Part shown: piece by piece, positions 48,244 through 60,569 of the stretch
How positions within the stretch are numbered: the stretch's first letter is position 1
Layout: the number at the start of each line of letters is the position of its first letter
Assembly: GCA_016217905.1 (NCBI GenBank)
Contig: JACRFL010000013.1
Span: forward strand, 3,184-67,183
Reading direction: 5' to 3'
DNA length: 64,000 bases
Source: Candidatus Kaiserbacteria bacterium
GTDB taxonomy: Bacteria; Patescibacteriota; Minisyncoccia; Phycocordibacterales; Phycocordibacteraceae
The notes under the pieces: generated by a model
Seen by the model: the letters and a program-made list of their open reading frames with translations, nothing else
Databases searched by the model: none
What the model was told of the DNA's origin: nothing
Translations under genes and position numbers: made by a program

Positions 48244-51063
48244 TTAGGCGCCGAGGATCGCGAGCGCACGAGTAAGCGCGAGCTTCGCGCCCGTCACGCC
48301 CGTCGAGTAGCTGGAGTCGATAGCGGTTGTGAGGGAGGCAACGAGCTTCTCCAGAACCGGCGTCGAAAATCGGGCGGTCAAGCGTACGATTCCGGCATCG
48401 CAGGTAGTGCCGTCAATACGCGCGCGATACGCGTCGTCGATGAGGCAGACGATGCTTGAGAGAAGCTGCTCCGGCGCACCGGCACCCTGCACATGCCCCC
48501 GCAACCCAGCGAAGACCGCGGCACGGTCGCCCTCAAGCAGCGCGGCGGCAAAATCGCGAACGGATGCGGGTGCTGCAACTGCCGTCGCCGCCTCGCCGGT
48601 ATCGGCGGCAATCGGTTCGACGTTTTCATACACCGGCTCAACCCTTTCATATATCGGCTCTACTCGCGGCGCCGGTTCCCCTTTTTCTTCGACAGTTCGC
48701 GGAAGATGGTGCCGCGAAAGGCTCTTCACGATGTCATCAATCGAGAGCGCGCCGTCGTGCGCAAAAGACTTGAATCCGTGGTACGGCGAATACCCGCGCG
48801 GCGTCGCGGGCTCTGGCACAGGGAGAAGAGATTCGTTTTTCTCCGGAGGTTTCGGGTGCGGCGGAGCTACGGAAACGGCCCGCGTGGAAAGCGCAGTCGA
48901 AACGCGGGAAACGAAGCTGCGAATCGAGCGGTTCGCGAACGGCACCGCGCCGAAGAGCACGAGATACGCAAGCGCGAGCGCCCATCCGACAAGGGCGATC
49001 CAATACAGTACCGTGCCGACGGGTCCGAGCTCAAGGCCGGTGTACGGAATTTGAGAAAGATAGAGATACGCGAGCGGTTGCGCGTTCACGTGCGGAAGCG
49101 CCGCAAGCGTGATGGTCGGCGGAGGCGGGCCTCCTCCGCCACCACCGCCACCACCGCAGTTGCTGGTGCATCCGCCTCCGCCTCCGCCAGTCACAGAGAG
49201 CGCCGCGGTACAGGTGAGCGTCTGGCCGGTATTCGCCGTGAATACACCGGTGTACGTGTAGCTGCCTACGGCCGTCGGCGACACACTTGTCGAACTCGGT
49301 ATCGTCGTCGTCGCGCCGACACCGTTGTCTATAGACACGCTTTGTATTCCCGAGCCGCCCCACGAGAGCGTCGCCGAACTGCCAGAAACAATGCTGGTCG
49401 GACTGACGGCGAGAACGCACGACGGACCTCCGCCGCCGCCTCCGCCTGTGTTAACCGAGACCGTCGCGGTACAAGTCGCGGTTCCACCCGTCGGACTCAC
49501 CACTGTGCCGGTAAAGATAGTGTCCGCATTGATCGCGAGAGACATTATCGAACCGCCCACTGCGGGACTCACCGAGCCGATGCCCTGATTAATACTGAAA
49601 GTGTCGGCATTTGTGGCCGTCCACGTAAGCGATGCGCGATCGCCTCTATTCACTTTCACCGGAGAGGCGAGAAGCGTGCAGGTGGGTGCGGACGGAGGGG
49701 GTGGGGGTGGGGGTTTCGTCGTGACCGTCACCGTCGCCGCGCAAGTTGCCGAGCCGCCCGCGCCGGTGGCGGTGCCGGTGTACGTGGTGGTAAGGGTCGG
49801 CGAGACCGACTTCGAGCCGGACGCGACCGGCGCCACGGAGCCGATAGTGTGATTAATCGAGAACGATGCCGCATTCGCGGTCGTCCAAGAAAGTGTCGAA
49901 GGCGAGCCGGTCTGAATAGTCGTCGGCGATGCGACAAGGGTGCAGGTGGGAGCGGGAGGTGGGGGTGGGAGATGCGGGTATGTGCAGGTGATACCGGCCT
50001 GGCTCGTCGCAGCCGGGTTGTAGTTGGTGGCGGAGGGGTCCATACAGCCGTAAACGGGAGGGGGCGGGGGCGGTGTTGGGGTGACCGTAACGGTTGTCGA
50101 GCACGTTACAGAACCGCCCGCGCCGGTGGCGGTGCCGGTGTACGTGGTGGTAAGGGTCGGCGAGACCGACTTCGAGCCGGACGCGACCGGCGCCACGGAG
50201 CCGATAGTGTGGTCGATGGAAAATGCCGCAGCACTCGTCGTCGTCCATGAAAGCGTTAAAGAGGAGCCGACTTGGACGGTCGAAGGCGACGCCGAGAGTG
50301 CACAGGCAGGAGTGACAAGGGGCGGAGGAGCGCAACCCGGATCAGTCCCTATGTATTTATAGTTTCGCGGAGTCGAATCATCGTAGGCCCAGATCTGCCA
50401 GTTATTCCCGTTTAGATCATTACCGCCAGTACAGTAATTGGTCCAGATGGGCTCGACGACAACGGGAGCGACACATCCGTTCGCAATCGTTCCGTTTTCT
50501 ACAAACAGGTAGTTCGTCGGGGTGGAATTATCGTATGCCCATATTTGCCATGGGTGCAAAACGTCATTCGCTCCCGTACAGTAATTAGTCCACACGGGGG
50601 GCGGGGACGAGACTGCGATCTCAGCCGTACAGGTACCCTCCCCGCCCGGGCCCGAGACAGTCATCGTGTAGTTCGTCGTCGCTGTGACGGAGATTGTTCG
50701 AGAGCCGGAGTCAGCGGGCGAAACCGCTCCTACACCGTTGTCGATAGCTGCGCCCGTGGCCGTAGTCGTTGTCCACGAGAGCGTCGAGGAGCCGCCGCCG
50801 AAGGCGAGCGAAGCCGGGTTCGCGGAGAGCGCGCAGGTGGGTGCGGGCGGCCCGTCTAGACCGCCGCCGCCGCCGTCACCAGCGCCGCCTCCTCCCCCGC
50901 CCCCATCTCCGCCGCCACCTCCTCCACCGCCCCCATCTCCCTCGGCAAGCGCATGGAGAACGCCGAACGGAGACAACTCACCGTAGTGCTGCAGCACAAA
51001 GCCGCGCGAGAGCGCGAGTAGCATAAAAAGCAGTATCAGGGTGATCGAATATCGGAAAGGCAT
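48244..51063 (-). CDS. Giant cell-surface protein with tandem Ig-like repeats, poly-Gly/Pro linkers, a C-proximal IPYTG + TM + basic segment and a roughly 200-aa cytoplasmic tail
   Basis: Signal peptide MPFRYSITLILLFMLLALS. At least five repeats of about 75-90 aa (P.C.L.ASP..V..G...TLSWTT ... Y.GT.TG.GG. ..C). Two repeats share about 100 nt of identical DNA (49750-49850 vs 50110-50210). Sorting-signal-like SQIPYTGLELGPVG[TM]NRSIRS. Confidence 0.65.
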   Translation of the reverse strand: MPFRYSITLILLFMLLALSRGFVLQHYGELSPFGVLHALAEGDGGGGGGGGGDGGGGGGGAGDGGGGGLDGPPAPTCALSANPASLAFGGGSSTLSWTTTTATGAAIDNGVGAVSPADSGSRTISVTATTNYTMTVSGPGGEGTCTAEIAVSSPPPVWTNYCTGANDVLHPWQIWAYDNSTPTNYLFVENGTIANGCVAPVVVEPIWTNYCTGGNDLNGNNWQIWAYDDSTPRNYKYIGTDPGCAPPPLVTPACALSASPSTVQVGSSLTLSWTTTSAAAFSIDHTIGSVAPVASGSKSVSPTLTTTYTGTATGAGGSVTCSTTVTVTPTPPPPPPVYGCMDPSATNYNPAATSQAGITCTYPHLPPPPPAPTCTLVASPTTIQTGSPSTLSWTTANAASFSINHTIGSVAPVASGSKSVSPTLTTTYTGTATGAGGSATCAATVTVTTKPPPPPPPSAPTCTLLASPVKVNRGDRASLTWTATNADTFSINQGIGSVSPAVGGSIMSLAINADTIFTGTVVSPTGGTATCTATVSVNTGGGGGGGPSCVLAVSPTSIVSGSSATLSWGGSGIQSVSIDNGVGATTTIPSSTSVSPTAVGSYTYTGVFTANTGQTLTCTAALSVTGGGGGGCTSNCGGGGGGGGGPPPPTITLAALPHVNAQPLAYLYLSQIPYTGLELGPVGTVLYWIALVGWALALAYLVLFGAVPFANRSIRSFVSRVSTALSTRAVSVAPPHPKPPEKNESLLPVPEPATPRGYSPYHGFKSFAHDGALSIDDIVKSLSRHHLPRTVEEKGEPAPRVEPIYERVEPVYENVEPIAADTGEAATAVAAPASVRDFAAALLEGDRAAVFAGLRGHVQGAGAPEQLLSSIVCLIDDAYRARIDGTTCDAGIVRLTARFSTPVLEKLVASLTTAIDSSYSTGVTGAKLALTRALAILGA

Positions 51064-51163
51064 GCGTTAATTCCTATTTCCGAGACGCCTCATCGAGACG
51101 TGCCGGAAAAGGGATCCATCGGGAGATGCGCGAACGCACCTCCGATGGACACGAGCGCAGAGA

Positions 51164-52261
51164 TTATTCGATCCAGTGCTCGTTCATGATGCAATCCGGG
51201 ACCGGATTGCTGTCCCACTCGCCGAGCGTAGTGCCCGGCAAACGGTTGAAGAACCGGAGCTCGTGGAGCCCCGTTTGGTGATATCGAGGCGGCGATACGA
51301 CATCATCGTTTATCGATACAACCCGGATTGCATCCCAAGTCTCGAGCTGAGCTCGTGAAAACTGAAGCTCGTGGAGCCCCGTTATCGGGACATCGCCAAG
51401 GACGTGCTCCTCGGTTACCGCAGGCGCTTCGCCGCGAACCTCCGGTGTCATGATGAACGACACACGGAAGACCCTGGTGGTCGCACTGCGCGCGATTTCT
51501 CCGGCAGCGTAGGCCTTGCGGAACTGCCCGCCGTGCATCCGCGAGACATGCGATGCTCCGACGAATTTTTCTTCGAGCTCTTCTTTTGCCGCCGTGCGCT
51601 CGACCCCAGGAAGGTTGAATGCTTTGCGTTCCCAAACGTTCACCTTCAGGGTGTACACGTCCGGGCACGCCCCGAGTGGCTTGAGAACGGCAGGCACTAC
51701 CGGTTGTTCCGGAGAAGCCGTTGCCACCCAGCTGACGTTGAAGCACACGAATGGGAGGTACAGAACGTAAACCTTCCCTTCGTGCGCAAACGTCCACGAG
51801 AACGCCTTCGCCGCTTCGGCGACCGCGCCCTTGCGGTACGACCGGCCGTCGGGCGATTTGAGAACCGGCAATTCCCCCACCGTGACGTTGTTCATCACGT
51901 GCGGTTTGGGGCCGCCGCTCCACATCTGCTCGAGCCGCTGGTGCGGCGTAAGCCACACCTCGGTGCCGCCTTTGCAGGTGGCGCCGAGAGCGGCCTTGAA
52001 ATGCTCCTTGACCGGCGGCGGCATGTTAAAGCCGTCGATGGACTCAATAAGCACTTTCGCGCATGCTTCCTCTTTCGAAGAAGCAAACGGTGCGATGTTC
52101 CACCTGTCCCATTTCACTCCGGCCTCGGCTGCTCGCACCTCCGGGATGACCATTGTCGGAATGAATATGAGCAGCAAAAACGCTGCGAACAGGAGAAGCA
52201 CCTTGAAGGCGATTTCCCGCACTTTGATTTTCATAGCACTTCTCCTGCCTGTGCCGCGCAA
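51164..52261 (-). CDS. Secreted/membrane-anchored hypothetical protein
   Basis: N-terminal hydrophobic signal-anchor (AFKVLLLFAAFLLLIFIPTMVIP). No recognisable family. C-terminal NRLPGTT motif without a following TM. Confidence 0.5.
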   Translation of the reverse strand: MRGTGRRSAMKIKVREIAFKVLLLFAAFLLLIFIPTMVIPEVRAAEAGVKWDRWNIAPFASSKEEACAKVLIESIDGFNMPPPVKEHFKAALGATCKGGTEVWLTPHQRLEQMWSGGPKPHVMNNVTVGELPVLKSPDGRSYRKGAVAEAAKAFSWTFAHEGKVYVLYLPFVCFNVSWVATASPEQPVVPAVLKPLGACPDVYTLKVNVWERKAFNLPGVERTAAKEELEEKFVGASHVSRMHGGQFRKAYAAGEIARSATTRVFRVSFIMTPEVRGEAPAVTEEHVLGDVPITGLHELQFSRAQLETWDAIRVVSINDDVVSPPRYHQTGLHELRFFNRLPGTTLGEWDSNPVPDCIMNEHWIE

Positions 52262-52298
52262 GCGGCGATTGGTTGAAAGAACTTTTCTCTCCCTTACG

Positions 52299-52344
52299 GA
52301 GAGCCACGCGATTTCCGGCGTTAGCCGGAAATCGCGTGGCTCTC
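52299..52344. repeat. 21-bp perfect inverted repeat straddling the sortase stop codon (GAGAGCCACGCGATTTCCGGC gtta GCCGGAAATCGCGTGGCTCTC)
   Basis: Seen directly. The right arm encodes the last seven sortase residues (ESHAISG). No T-tract follows. Confidence 0.7.
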
Positions 52345-52998
52345 AACAAAGTCTGCGGTGACAACGAACCGGTCCGTTTTCTTCCCGAAGGAGTCGCAGG
52401 TCACAAGCGTAAGCACCTTCCCCCCTGTAGAAAGCGGAATGGCCGTGTTATCGTTCGCGCTTTCTTTCGCGACGCTTTGCACCCGGTACGTATACGCCGC
52501 GCCCGAAGCGTACACGATAATCGCGTCTCCGGCAACGAGCTTCTGGATGCCGTTGAAGGTCTTGTACGCTTGATTCTTGACGACCGGCAGGTAGCTCGAG
52601 TGCCCGAAGAGAACGACATTGCCCGTCTCTCCGAGCAGGGCCGATGTCGGGTAGCGCACCGCTCCCGACAGGAGCTCTCGGTCAAGCGCATCGATTGCGG
52701 TCGTTGTCGGGTTCACGACTGCCGCCGAAAGGCCGATGGCGGAAATTTCTATCTTCGTCGGCAATTCAGAAACGACCGGTGACGCCTGCGTTCTCCGCTC
52801 CGATGTCGCGCGCGAGACGGCCGGAGACGCGGAAACGGCACCGGTCGCACGCGCTTCCGGCAAAAGATCGAGCCTGCCGAGCACGGCGATGCTTCCGAGA
52901 AACAGTGCGGCGAAAAAACAAAGAAAGCTCCACTTCCGCGCGTACGCGCGCTCCGCGGCTTCGACAAGCCCCACGATAAAATCAATAAACTTCTGCAT
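52321..52998 (-). CDS. Sortase-family transpeptidase (membrane-anchored)
   Basis: N-terminal TM. Catalytic His (VVLFGHSSY), TLxTC cysteine motif (LTLVTCDSFG), conserved Arg (RFVVTADF). Confidence 0.7.
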   Translation of the reverse strand: MQKFIDFIVGLVEAAERAYARKWSFLCFFAALFLGSIAVLGRLDLLPEARATGAVSASPAVSRATSERRTQASPVVSELPTKIEISAIGLSAAVVNPTTTAIDALDRELLSGAVRYPTSALLGETGNVVLFGHSSYLPVVKNQAYKTFNGIQKLVAGDAIIVYASGAAYTYRVQSVAKESANDNTAIPLSTGGKVLTLVTCDSFGKKTDRFVVTADFVESHAISG

Positions 52999-53061
52999 AT
53001 CGTCTTATCAAGAAATACACCATTGTGTTACACCTGTCAAGCTTGACATAGAAAGTACATC

Positions 53062-53844
53062 ATGTTATGTATAACGCATCCTATGGACACACCGGACACC
53101 CATATGTCAGCCCGCCAGACGGCCACAAACGTCCTTGCGGTCGTCGGCTTCATCGCGATTATCGGCGCGAGCCTCTGGCTCGCCGCGTACTCGACGCGTT
53201 TCGTCCCCTCGGTGGCGGGGCGCATCGGCAGCGCGGCCGTGTACCTCGGCTCGATCTTCTCCTCTTCCGAGGAACCCGCTCTCTCGGTTGTCTCGACGCC
53301 AGCCGCGTCCTCGACAATCACTTTTGGTGAGGCGGTTTTAACCACGACTGATGAAATAACGCTTCCCGTAACGCCCCCAAAAGCGCCCGCCCCGACCCCG
53401 GGCGCAAAGACGAGCAACGTGTACTCGCTCGGCAGTGCAACGACGACCGCCCCCGCCGTGCAAGGGGGACTTCCTGATCTCATCGTAAACATCGATGCGA
53501 TCGGCTACCTCGCCACAACCTCGGCGGAATCCTTCATCGCCAGCTCGACCGTCCCCGTTCACAACCGCCCGGCGGTCGCGTTTACTATCAAAAACGTCGG
53601 TACGGGCGCGACCGGAACGTGGCGCTGGAGCGCATCCATCCCGACGCAAACTGCATATATATACCAGTCGCAGCCGCAGCAGTCGCTGAATCCAGGCGAC
53701 CGTATCGACTATACACTCGGCTTCGACCAGGCGAATAAGGGCGCTCAGACCATCTCCATTACCGCAAACTTCGACCGCGCTGTCGTCGAGTCGAACTCGA
53801 ACAATAACAGCGCTTCCGTAAACGTAACTATTCTCGGTTCCTAA
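53062..53844 (+). CDS. Secreted/membrane-anchored CARDB-domain protein (alternative start 53104)
   Basis: TM anchor. C-terminal CARDB-like beta-sandwich (DLIVNIDAIGY ... FTIKNVGTGATG ... ESNSNNNSASVNV). Confidence 0.55.
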   Translation: MLCITHPMDTPDTHMSARQTATNVLAVVGFIAIIGASLWLAAYSTRFVPSVAGRIGSAAVYLGSIFSSSEEPALSVVSTPAASSTITFGEAVLTTTDEITLPVTPPKAPAPTPGAKTSNVYSLGSATTTAPAVQGGLPDLIVNIDAIGYLATTSAESFIASSTVPVHNRPAVAFTIKNVGTGATGTWRWSASIPTQTAYIYQSQPQQSLNPGDRIDYTLGFDQANKGAQTISITANFDRAVVESNSNNNSASVNVTILGS

Positions 53845-55931
53845 ACGTCCAGATTCGCAAGTTTCGCATTGCTTTGGATGAAGGACTTGCGCGAGGCGAC
53901 GTCTGTACCCATGAGAATGTCGAAGATGCGGTCGGCCGCCTCGGCGTCGTCGATGGAAACCTGCTTTAACACGCGGCGCGTAGGATCCATCGTCGTCTCC
54001 CAGAGCTCGCTCGGATTCATTTCTCCGAGACCTTTGTAGCGCTGGATATTCACCTTCGTCGCCTTCTTCGTCGCGACGACTTCCCCTTCGGCCTCCTCGA
54101 GGGCTTCATCGCCCTCAAGCGGATTTTCCGAAATCTCCCCCGTGGCGGTACCGAGCTCTTTCAATACCGCCTCCTTCTCTTTATCCGAATACGCGTACGC
54201 GACGGATTTGCCTTTGACAATTTTATACAGAGGCGGTTGGGCGATGTAGACGAAACCGCCTTCGATAATCGGCCGGAAGTGGCGGTAGAGAAGCGTGAGA
54301 AGCAGCGTGCGGATGTGCGCGCCGTCGACGTCTGCATCGGTCGCGATGATGATCTTGTGGTAGCGCAGCTTGGAAATGTCGAAGACGTCCCCGATGGCGG
54401 TACCCATCGCGATGACAAGCGCGCGGATCTCGATAGAGGCGAGCATGCGGTCGATGCGCGCGCGCTCGACGTTGAGGATCTTCCCGCGCAAGGGAAGAAT
54501 GGCTTGCGTTCGACGGTCTCTGCCCTGCTTGCTCGAGCCGCCAGCCGAATCGCCCTCCACGATGAAGAGCTCGCCCTCCTCCGCGCTCTTAGTCTGGCAG
54601 TCGGCGAGCTTGCCGGGGAGCGTCATGCCCTCGAGAGCCCCCTTGCGCAGCACCGAATCCTTGGCCGCCTTCGCCGCCTTGCGCGCCTTCAGCGCCAGCA
54701 AGACTTTGTTGATGATGGCGCGCGCATCATCCGGGTTCTCCTCAAGAAACGCGCTTAGCGCCTCTCCAAAGACGGTCGAGACGGCGCCCTGCGCCTCGAC
54801 CGAGCCGAGCTTCGCCTTCGTCTGCCCCTCGAACTGAATCTCGGGAAGCTTGACCGAGATAACGGCGGTGATGCCCTCAAGCACGTCGTCGCCGGTGAAG
54901 TTTTCGTCCTTCTCTTTCAGGATGTTCGCGCTTCTGCCGTAGGTGTTGAGCGCGCGGGTGAGCGCCGTCTTGAAACCGGTGATGTGCGTGCCGCCCTCGC
55001 TGTTGTAGGTGTTGTTGGCGAAGGCGGCGATGCGCGAGGTTATATCATCGACATACTGAAGCGCGACTTCGACCTGTACATTGTCCTGCTCGCGCTCGAC
55101 GTAGAAAATGTTTTTGTGCACGGGCGTTTGGTGCTTGTTATAAAAGGCGACGAGCGACTTGAGACCCCCCTCAAAGTAGAATGTCATCGACGGAACGTTC
55201 AGCTTCTGCTCGCGAAGGAAGAGCGTATCCGTTTCAAACGCATCCTTCGCTGCGCGCGCGTCAATGAGCGCAATGCGGACGCCTTTCACCAGATACGCCT
55301 GCTGGCGCAGATGCGTAACGATCTTCTCCCAGCTCCATTCGACGCCTTCCTTGAAGATAGTCGCGTCCGGCTTGAAAAAGACGATTGTGCCGTGCTCTTT
55401 CGTCGTGCCAATCTTCTTCACTTTCGCGAGCGGCTTGCCGATCTTGTATTCCTGCATGTGCTGGCCGCCATCCTGGTGCACGACGACCTTCGTGTGTTCG
55501 GAGAGCGCGTTCACCACGGACGCGCCGACGCCGTGAAGGCCTCCCGAGATCTTGTATCCGCTCTCATCGCCGCCGAACTTCCCGCCGGCGTGGAGCGTCG
55601 TCATGATGGTCTCAAGCGCAGAGACCTTTGTTTTCGGATGGATGCCCACGGGAACGCCGCGGCCATTGTCGGCGACGCGCACGTAGCCGTCGGGCAAAAG
55701 CGCGACTTCAATGTCGCCCGCATACCCGCCCATCGCCTCGTCGCGCGCATTGTCGAAGATCTCCCACACGAGGTGGTGGAGACCGTCTGGCCCGGTCGTC
55801 CCGATATACATCCCCGGGCGCTTCCGCACCGGCTCGAGTCCCTCAAGGACGGTAATAGACGAGGCATCATACGCCTTCGCGGCGCCTTTGGCGCCGCGCT
55901 TTTCCCCGCCTTTTTGAGCCGTTTTCGCCAT
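53841..55931 (-). CDS. gyrB: DNA gyrase subunit B (type IIA topoisomerase ATPase subunit)
   Basis: GHKL ATPase (ITVLEGLEPVRKRPGMYIG), TOPRIM (LFIVEGDSAGGS), C-terminal domain. Confidence 0.85.
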   Translation of the reverse strand: MAKTAQKGGEKRGAKGAAKAYDASSITVLEGLEPVRKRPGMYIGTTGPDGLHHLVWEIFDNARDEAMGGYAGDIEVALLPDGYVRVADNGRGVPVGIHPKTKVSALETIMTTLHAGGKFGGDESGYKISGGLHGVGASVVNALSEHTKVVVHQDGGQHMQEYKIGKPLAKVKKIGTTKEHGTIVFFKPDATIFKEGVEWSWEKIVTHLRQQAYLVKGVRIALIDARAAKDAFETDTLFLREQKLNVPSMTFYFEGGLKSLVAFYNKHQTPVHKNIFYVEREQDNVQVEVALQYVDDITSRIAAFANNTYNSEGGTHITGFKTALTRALNTYGRSANILKEKDENFTGDDVLEGITAVISVKLPEIQFEGQTKAKLGSVEAQGAVSTVFGEALSAFLEENPDDARAIINKVLLALKARKAAKAAKDSVLRKGALEGMTLPGKLADCQTKSAEEGELFIVEGDSAGGSSKQGRDRRTQAILPLRGKILNVERARIDRMLASIEIRALVIAMGTAIGDVFDISKLRYHKIIIATDADVDGAHIRTLLLTLLYRHFRPIIEGGFVYIAQPPLYKIVKGKSVAYAYSDKEKEAVLKELGTATGEISENPLEGDEALEEAEGEVVATKKATKVNIQRYKGLGEMNPSELWETTMDPTRRVLKQVSIDDAEAADRIFDILMGTDVASRKSFIQSNAKLANLDV

Positions 55932-55991
55932 GTTTCTAATACTTTCATTCTATCACAAAACGCCCCTGTTTGCAGAGTGAAATAACGTCAG

Positions 55992-58543
<2,552 letters not shown>

Positions 58544-58579
58544 TCCAGAAATATAGCAGATTGTGGTACAGTGGCCACG

Positions 58580-59815
58580 ATGAGTCCCGAGGCGTTTGCA
58601 TATCCGTTTCTTTTCATCGCGATATTCTTCGAGTCGTTCATCCTTGTGACGTTCCTCTCGAAGCCCGCGCGCGCTGCGCGCGCGCGTACGCCAAATACGG
58701 AAACGCCCGCGGTCGCCGTCATCGTGCCTTGCTACAATGAGGCCGCGACGGTCGCCGGCACCTGCGAGTCGCTCCTCGCGCTTGACTATCCGAAGGAGAA
58801 GCTCGAGGTCATCCTCGTCGACGACGGTTCGACCGACGGAACCACGAAAGCGATGGCGCGCTTCCGGGGTCATCCGCAGATTCGCGTCATCCGCAAGGAA
58901 AACGGCGGGAAGCATACCGCGCTCAACGCCGGCATCGCCGCGACCTCTGCGGAAATCATCGGGTGTCTCGACGCCGATTCATTCGTCGAGCCGGACGCGC
59001 TCCGTGAGATCGTACCGTGCTTCGCGAATTCGCGCGTGGCGGCGGTCACCGCCGCCATGTCGGTGCATCGCCCGAAAAACCTGCTCCAGCACATGCAGAA
59101 CGCCGAATACACTTTCGGCATCACGCTCCGCCACACGCTCGCCTCGATCAACGGCCTCTACGTCACCCCAGGACCTTTCTCGTTTTATCGACACACCACG
59201 CTCAAGGAGATTGGAGACTTCCGGTACGGCCACCAGACCGAGGACATGGAGATGGCTCTCCGCATCCAGCGGGCGGGTTATGAGATCGAGAACGCGCCAC
59301 GCGCGCGCGCGTACACGAAATCGCCGAACACCATTGCGAAACTTCTCAAGCAGCGCACCCGCTGGACGACCGGATTCTTGAGGAACATTCTCGGAGAATA
59401 TCGCTGCCTCGTGGGGAATCGCGCCCACGGCGCTCTCGGTATGCTGGTGCTCCCTACCGCACTCATCGCCATCGGCGGCGGCATTCTTACTTTTTCTGCC
59501 ACGCTTTTCAATTTTGCCCGGCACGCTATGGCCGCAGCCGAGGTCCGCGCCGGCGTTCCGCTCTCCTATACGCTCCTGATGCGCGGCCCGTTCGATTGGT
59601 TCTATCTCCCCGTGAGTTTTTTCCTGCTGCTCGGCGCGACGATGCTTGTCGCCTCGTTTTCTTTGATCGTCACCGGCAAGCGCATTTCAAAAACGCCGGG
59701 TAACCTTGTGCTCGGCATCGTCTCATATGCGTTCCTCTACGGCCTCGTCGCGCCGCTGTGGCTCCTGCGCGCCACTACCGATGTCGCGCTCGGAAAGCGC
59801 CGCCAGTGGCGCTGA
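58580..59815 (+). CDS. GT2-family processive beta-glycosyltransferase (NodC/HasA/PgaC/cellulose-synthase-like), polytopic membrane protein
   Basis: VIVPCYNE, ILVDDGSTDGT, CLDADSF, QTEDMEM, KQRTRWTTG (QxxRW). Start MSPEAFAYPFLF at 58580; the tracker start 58151 was rejected because it overlaps pheS. Confidence 0.75.
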   Translation: MSPEAFAYPFLFIAIFFESFILVTFLSKPARAARARTPNTETPAVAVIVPCYNEAATVAGTCESLLALDYPKEKLEVILVDDGSTDGTTKAMARFRGHPQIRVIRKENGGKHTALNAGIAATSAEIIGCLDADSFVEPDALREIVPCFANSRVAAVTAAMSVHRPKNLLQHMQNAEYTFGITLRHTLASINGLYVTPGPFSFYRHTTLKEIGDFRYGHQTEDMEMALRIQRAGYEIENAPRARAYTKSPNTIAKLLKQRTRWTTGFLRNILGEYRCLVGNRAHGALGMLVLPTALIAIGGGILTFSATLFNFARHAMAAAEVRAGVPLSYTLLMRGPFDWFYLPVSFFLLLGATMLVASFSLIVTGKRISKTPGNLVLGIVSYAFLYGLVAPLWLLRATTDVALGKRRQWR

Positions 59816-59822
59816 TTCTCCC

Positions 59823-60491
59823 ATGTCGCTTCTCGCCAGAAACGCTCTCATAGCCCTTGTCATCACGATCGTGCTCATCGGTACGGTCGCCTATGCACTC
59901 AGCTACCTGAACAACGCCCGCATCGCCGAACTCGCCGCCATCGAGGATCAGCTCTCAATTGACACGCTCTCTCTCGATACGCAATTCTCCCTCCTTGAAG
60001 CGGCGCCGTGCGACAGCGCCGCTTCGTCGACCGCATTTACCGGAACGCTCGCTGACTTGGGCGACCGCCTCTCCTACGCCGAAAGCCAGCTCGGTACGGA
60101 CAACCCACAGGTGGTGCGGCTGAAGCAGCACTATTCCCTGCTCGAGATACGCGACTATCTCATTACCAAGAAACTCGCCGCCGCTTGCAAGACGAAACCC
60201 ATAACCGCGCTCTATTTCTACAGCAATGCCGGCGACTGCGCCGATTGCGACCGGGCTGGCTACGCGCTTTCTTATCTGCGCGACACGTACCCGAATCTGC
60301 GCGTCTATTCGTTCGACTACAATCTCGACCTTGGCGCTTTGGAAACGTTCATCGCGCTCGAGGGCGTGCGGCGGTCGTTGCCGGCTTTCGTCATTAACGA
60401 GAAACCGTTCTACGGCTTTACCTCGCTCGAAGAGCTTGAAAAACAATTCCCGAAAGGGGTGTTCGCAACGACAACCGGTTCCACGCTTTGA
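59823..60491 (+). CDS. Membrane-anchored hypothetical protein with CxxC (CADC) motif downstream of the GT2 synthase
   Basis: N-terminal TM (ALIALVITIVLIGTVAYAL). No family recognised. Confidence 0.45.
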   Translation: MSLLARNALIALVITIVLIGTVAYALSYLNNARIAELAAIEDQLSIDTLSLDTQFSLLEAAPCDSAASSTAFTGTLADLGDRLSYAESQLGTDNPQVVRLKQHYSLLEIRDYLITKKLAAACKTKPITALYFYSNAGDCADCDRAGYALSYLRDTYPNLRVYSFDYNLDLGALETFIALEGVRRSLPAFVINEKPFYGFTSLEELEKQFPKGVFATTTGSTL

Positions 60492-60569
60492 GTCTCAATT
60501 GTACTCCGCTAGAATCTAGTTTAGCAAAAATCTCGACCGACTTCGCACGCGCCGAGGCCGTATGCGCTT

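Noticed and set aside
49700-50260. Possible diversity-generating retroelement (template/variable repeat pair)
   Set aside because: The two near-identical 100-nt stretches are both inside one coding sequence and are 100% identical rather than differing at adenines. No reverse transcriptase (YxDD) ORF is present in the window. Tandem domain duplication or gene conversion is the simpler explanation.
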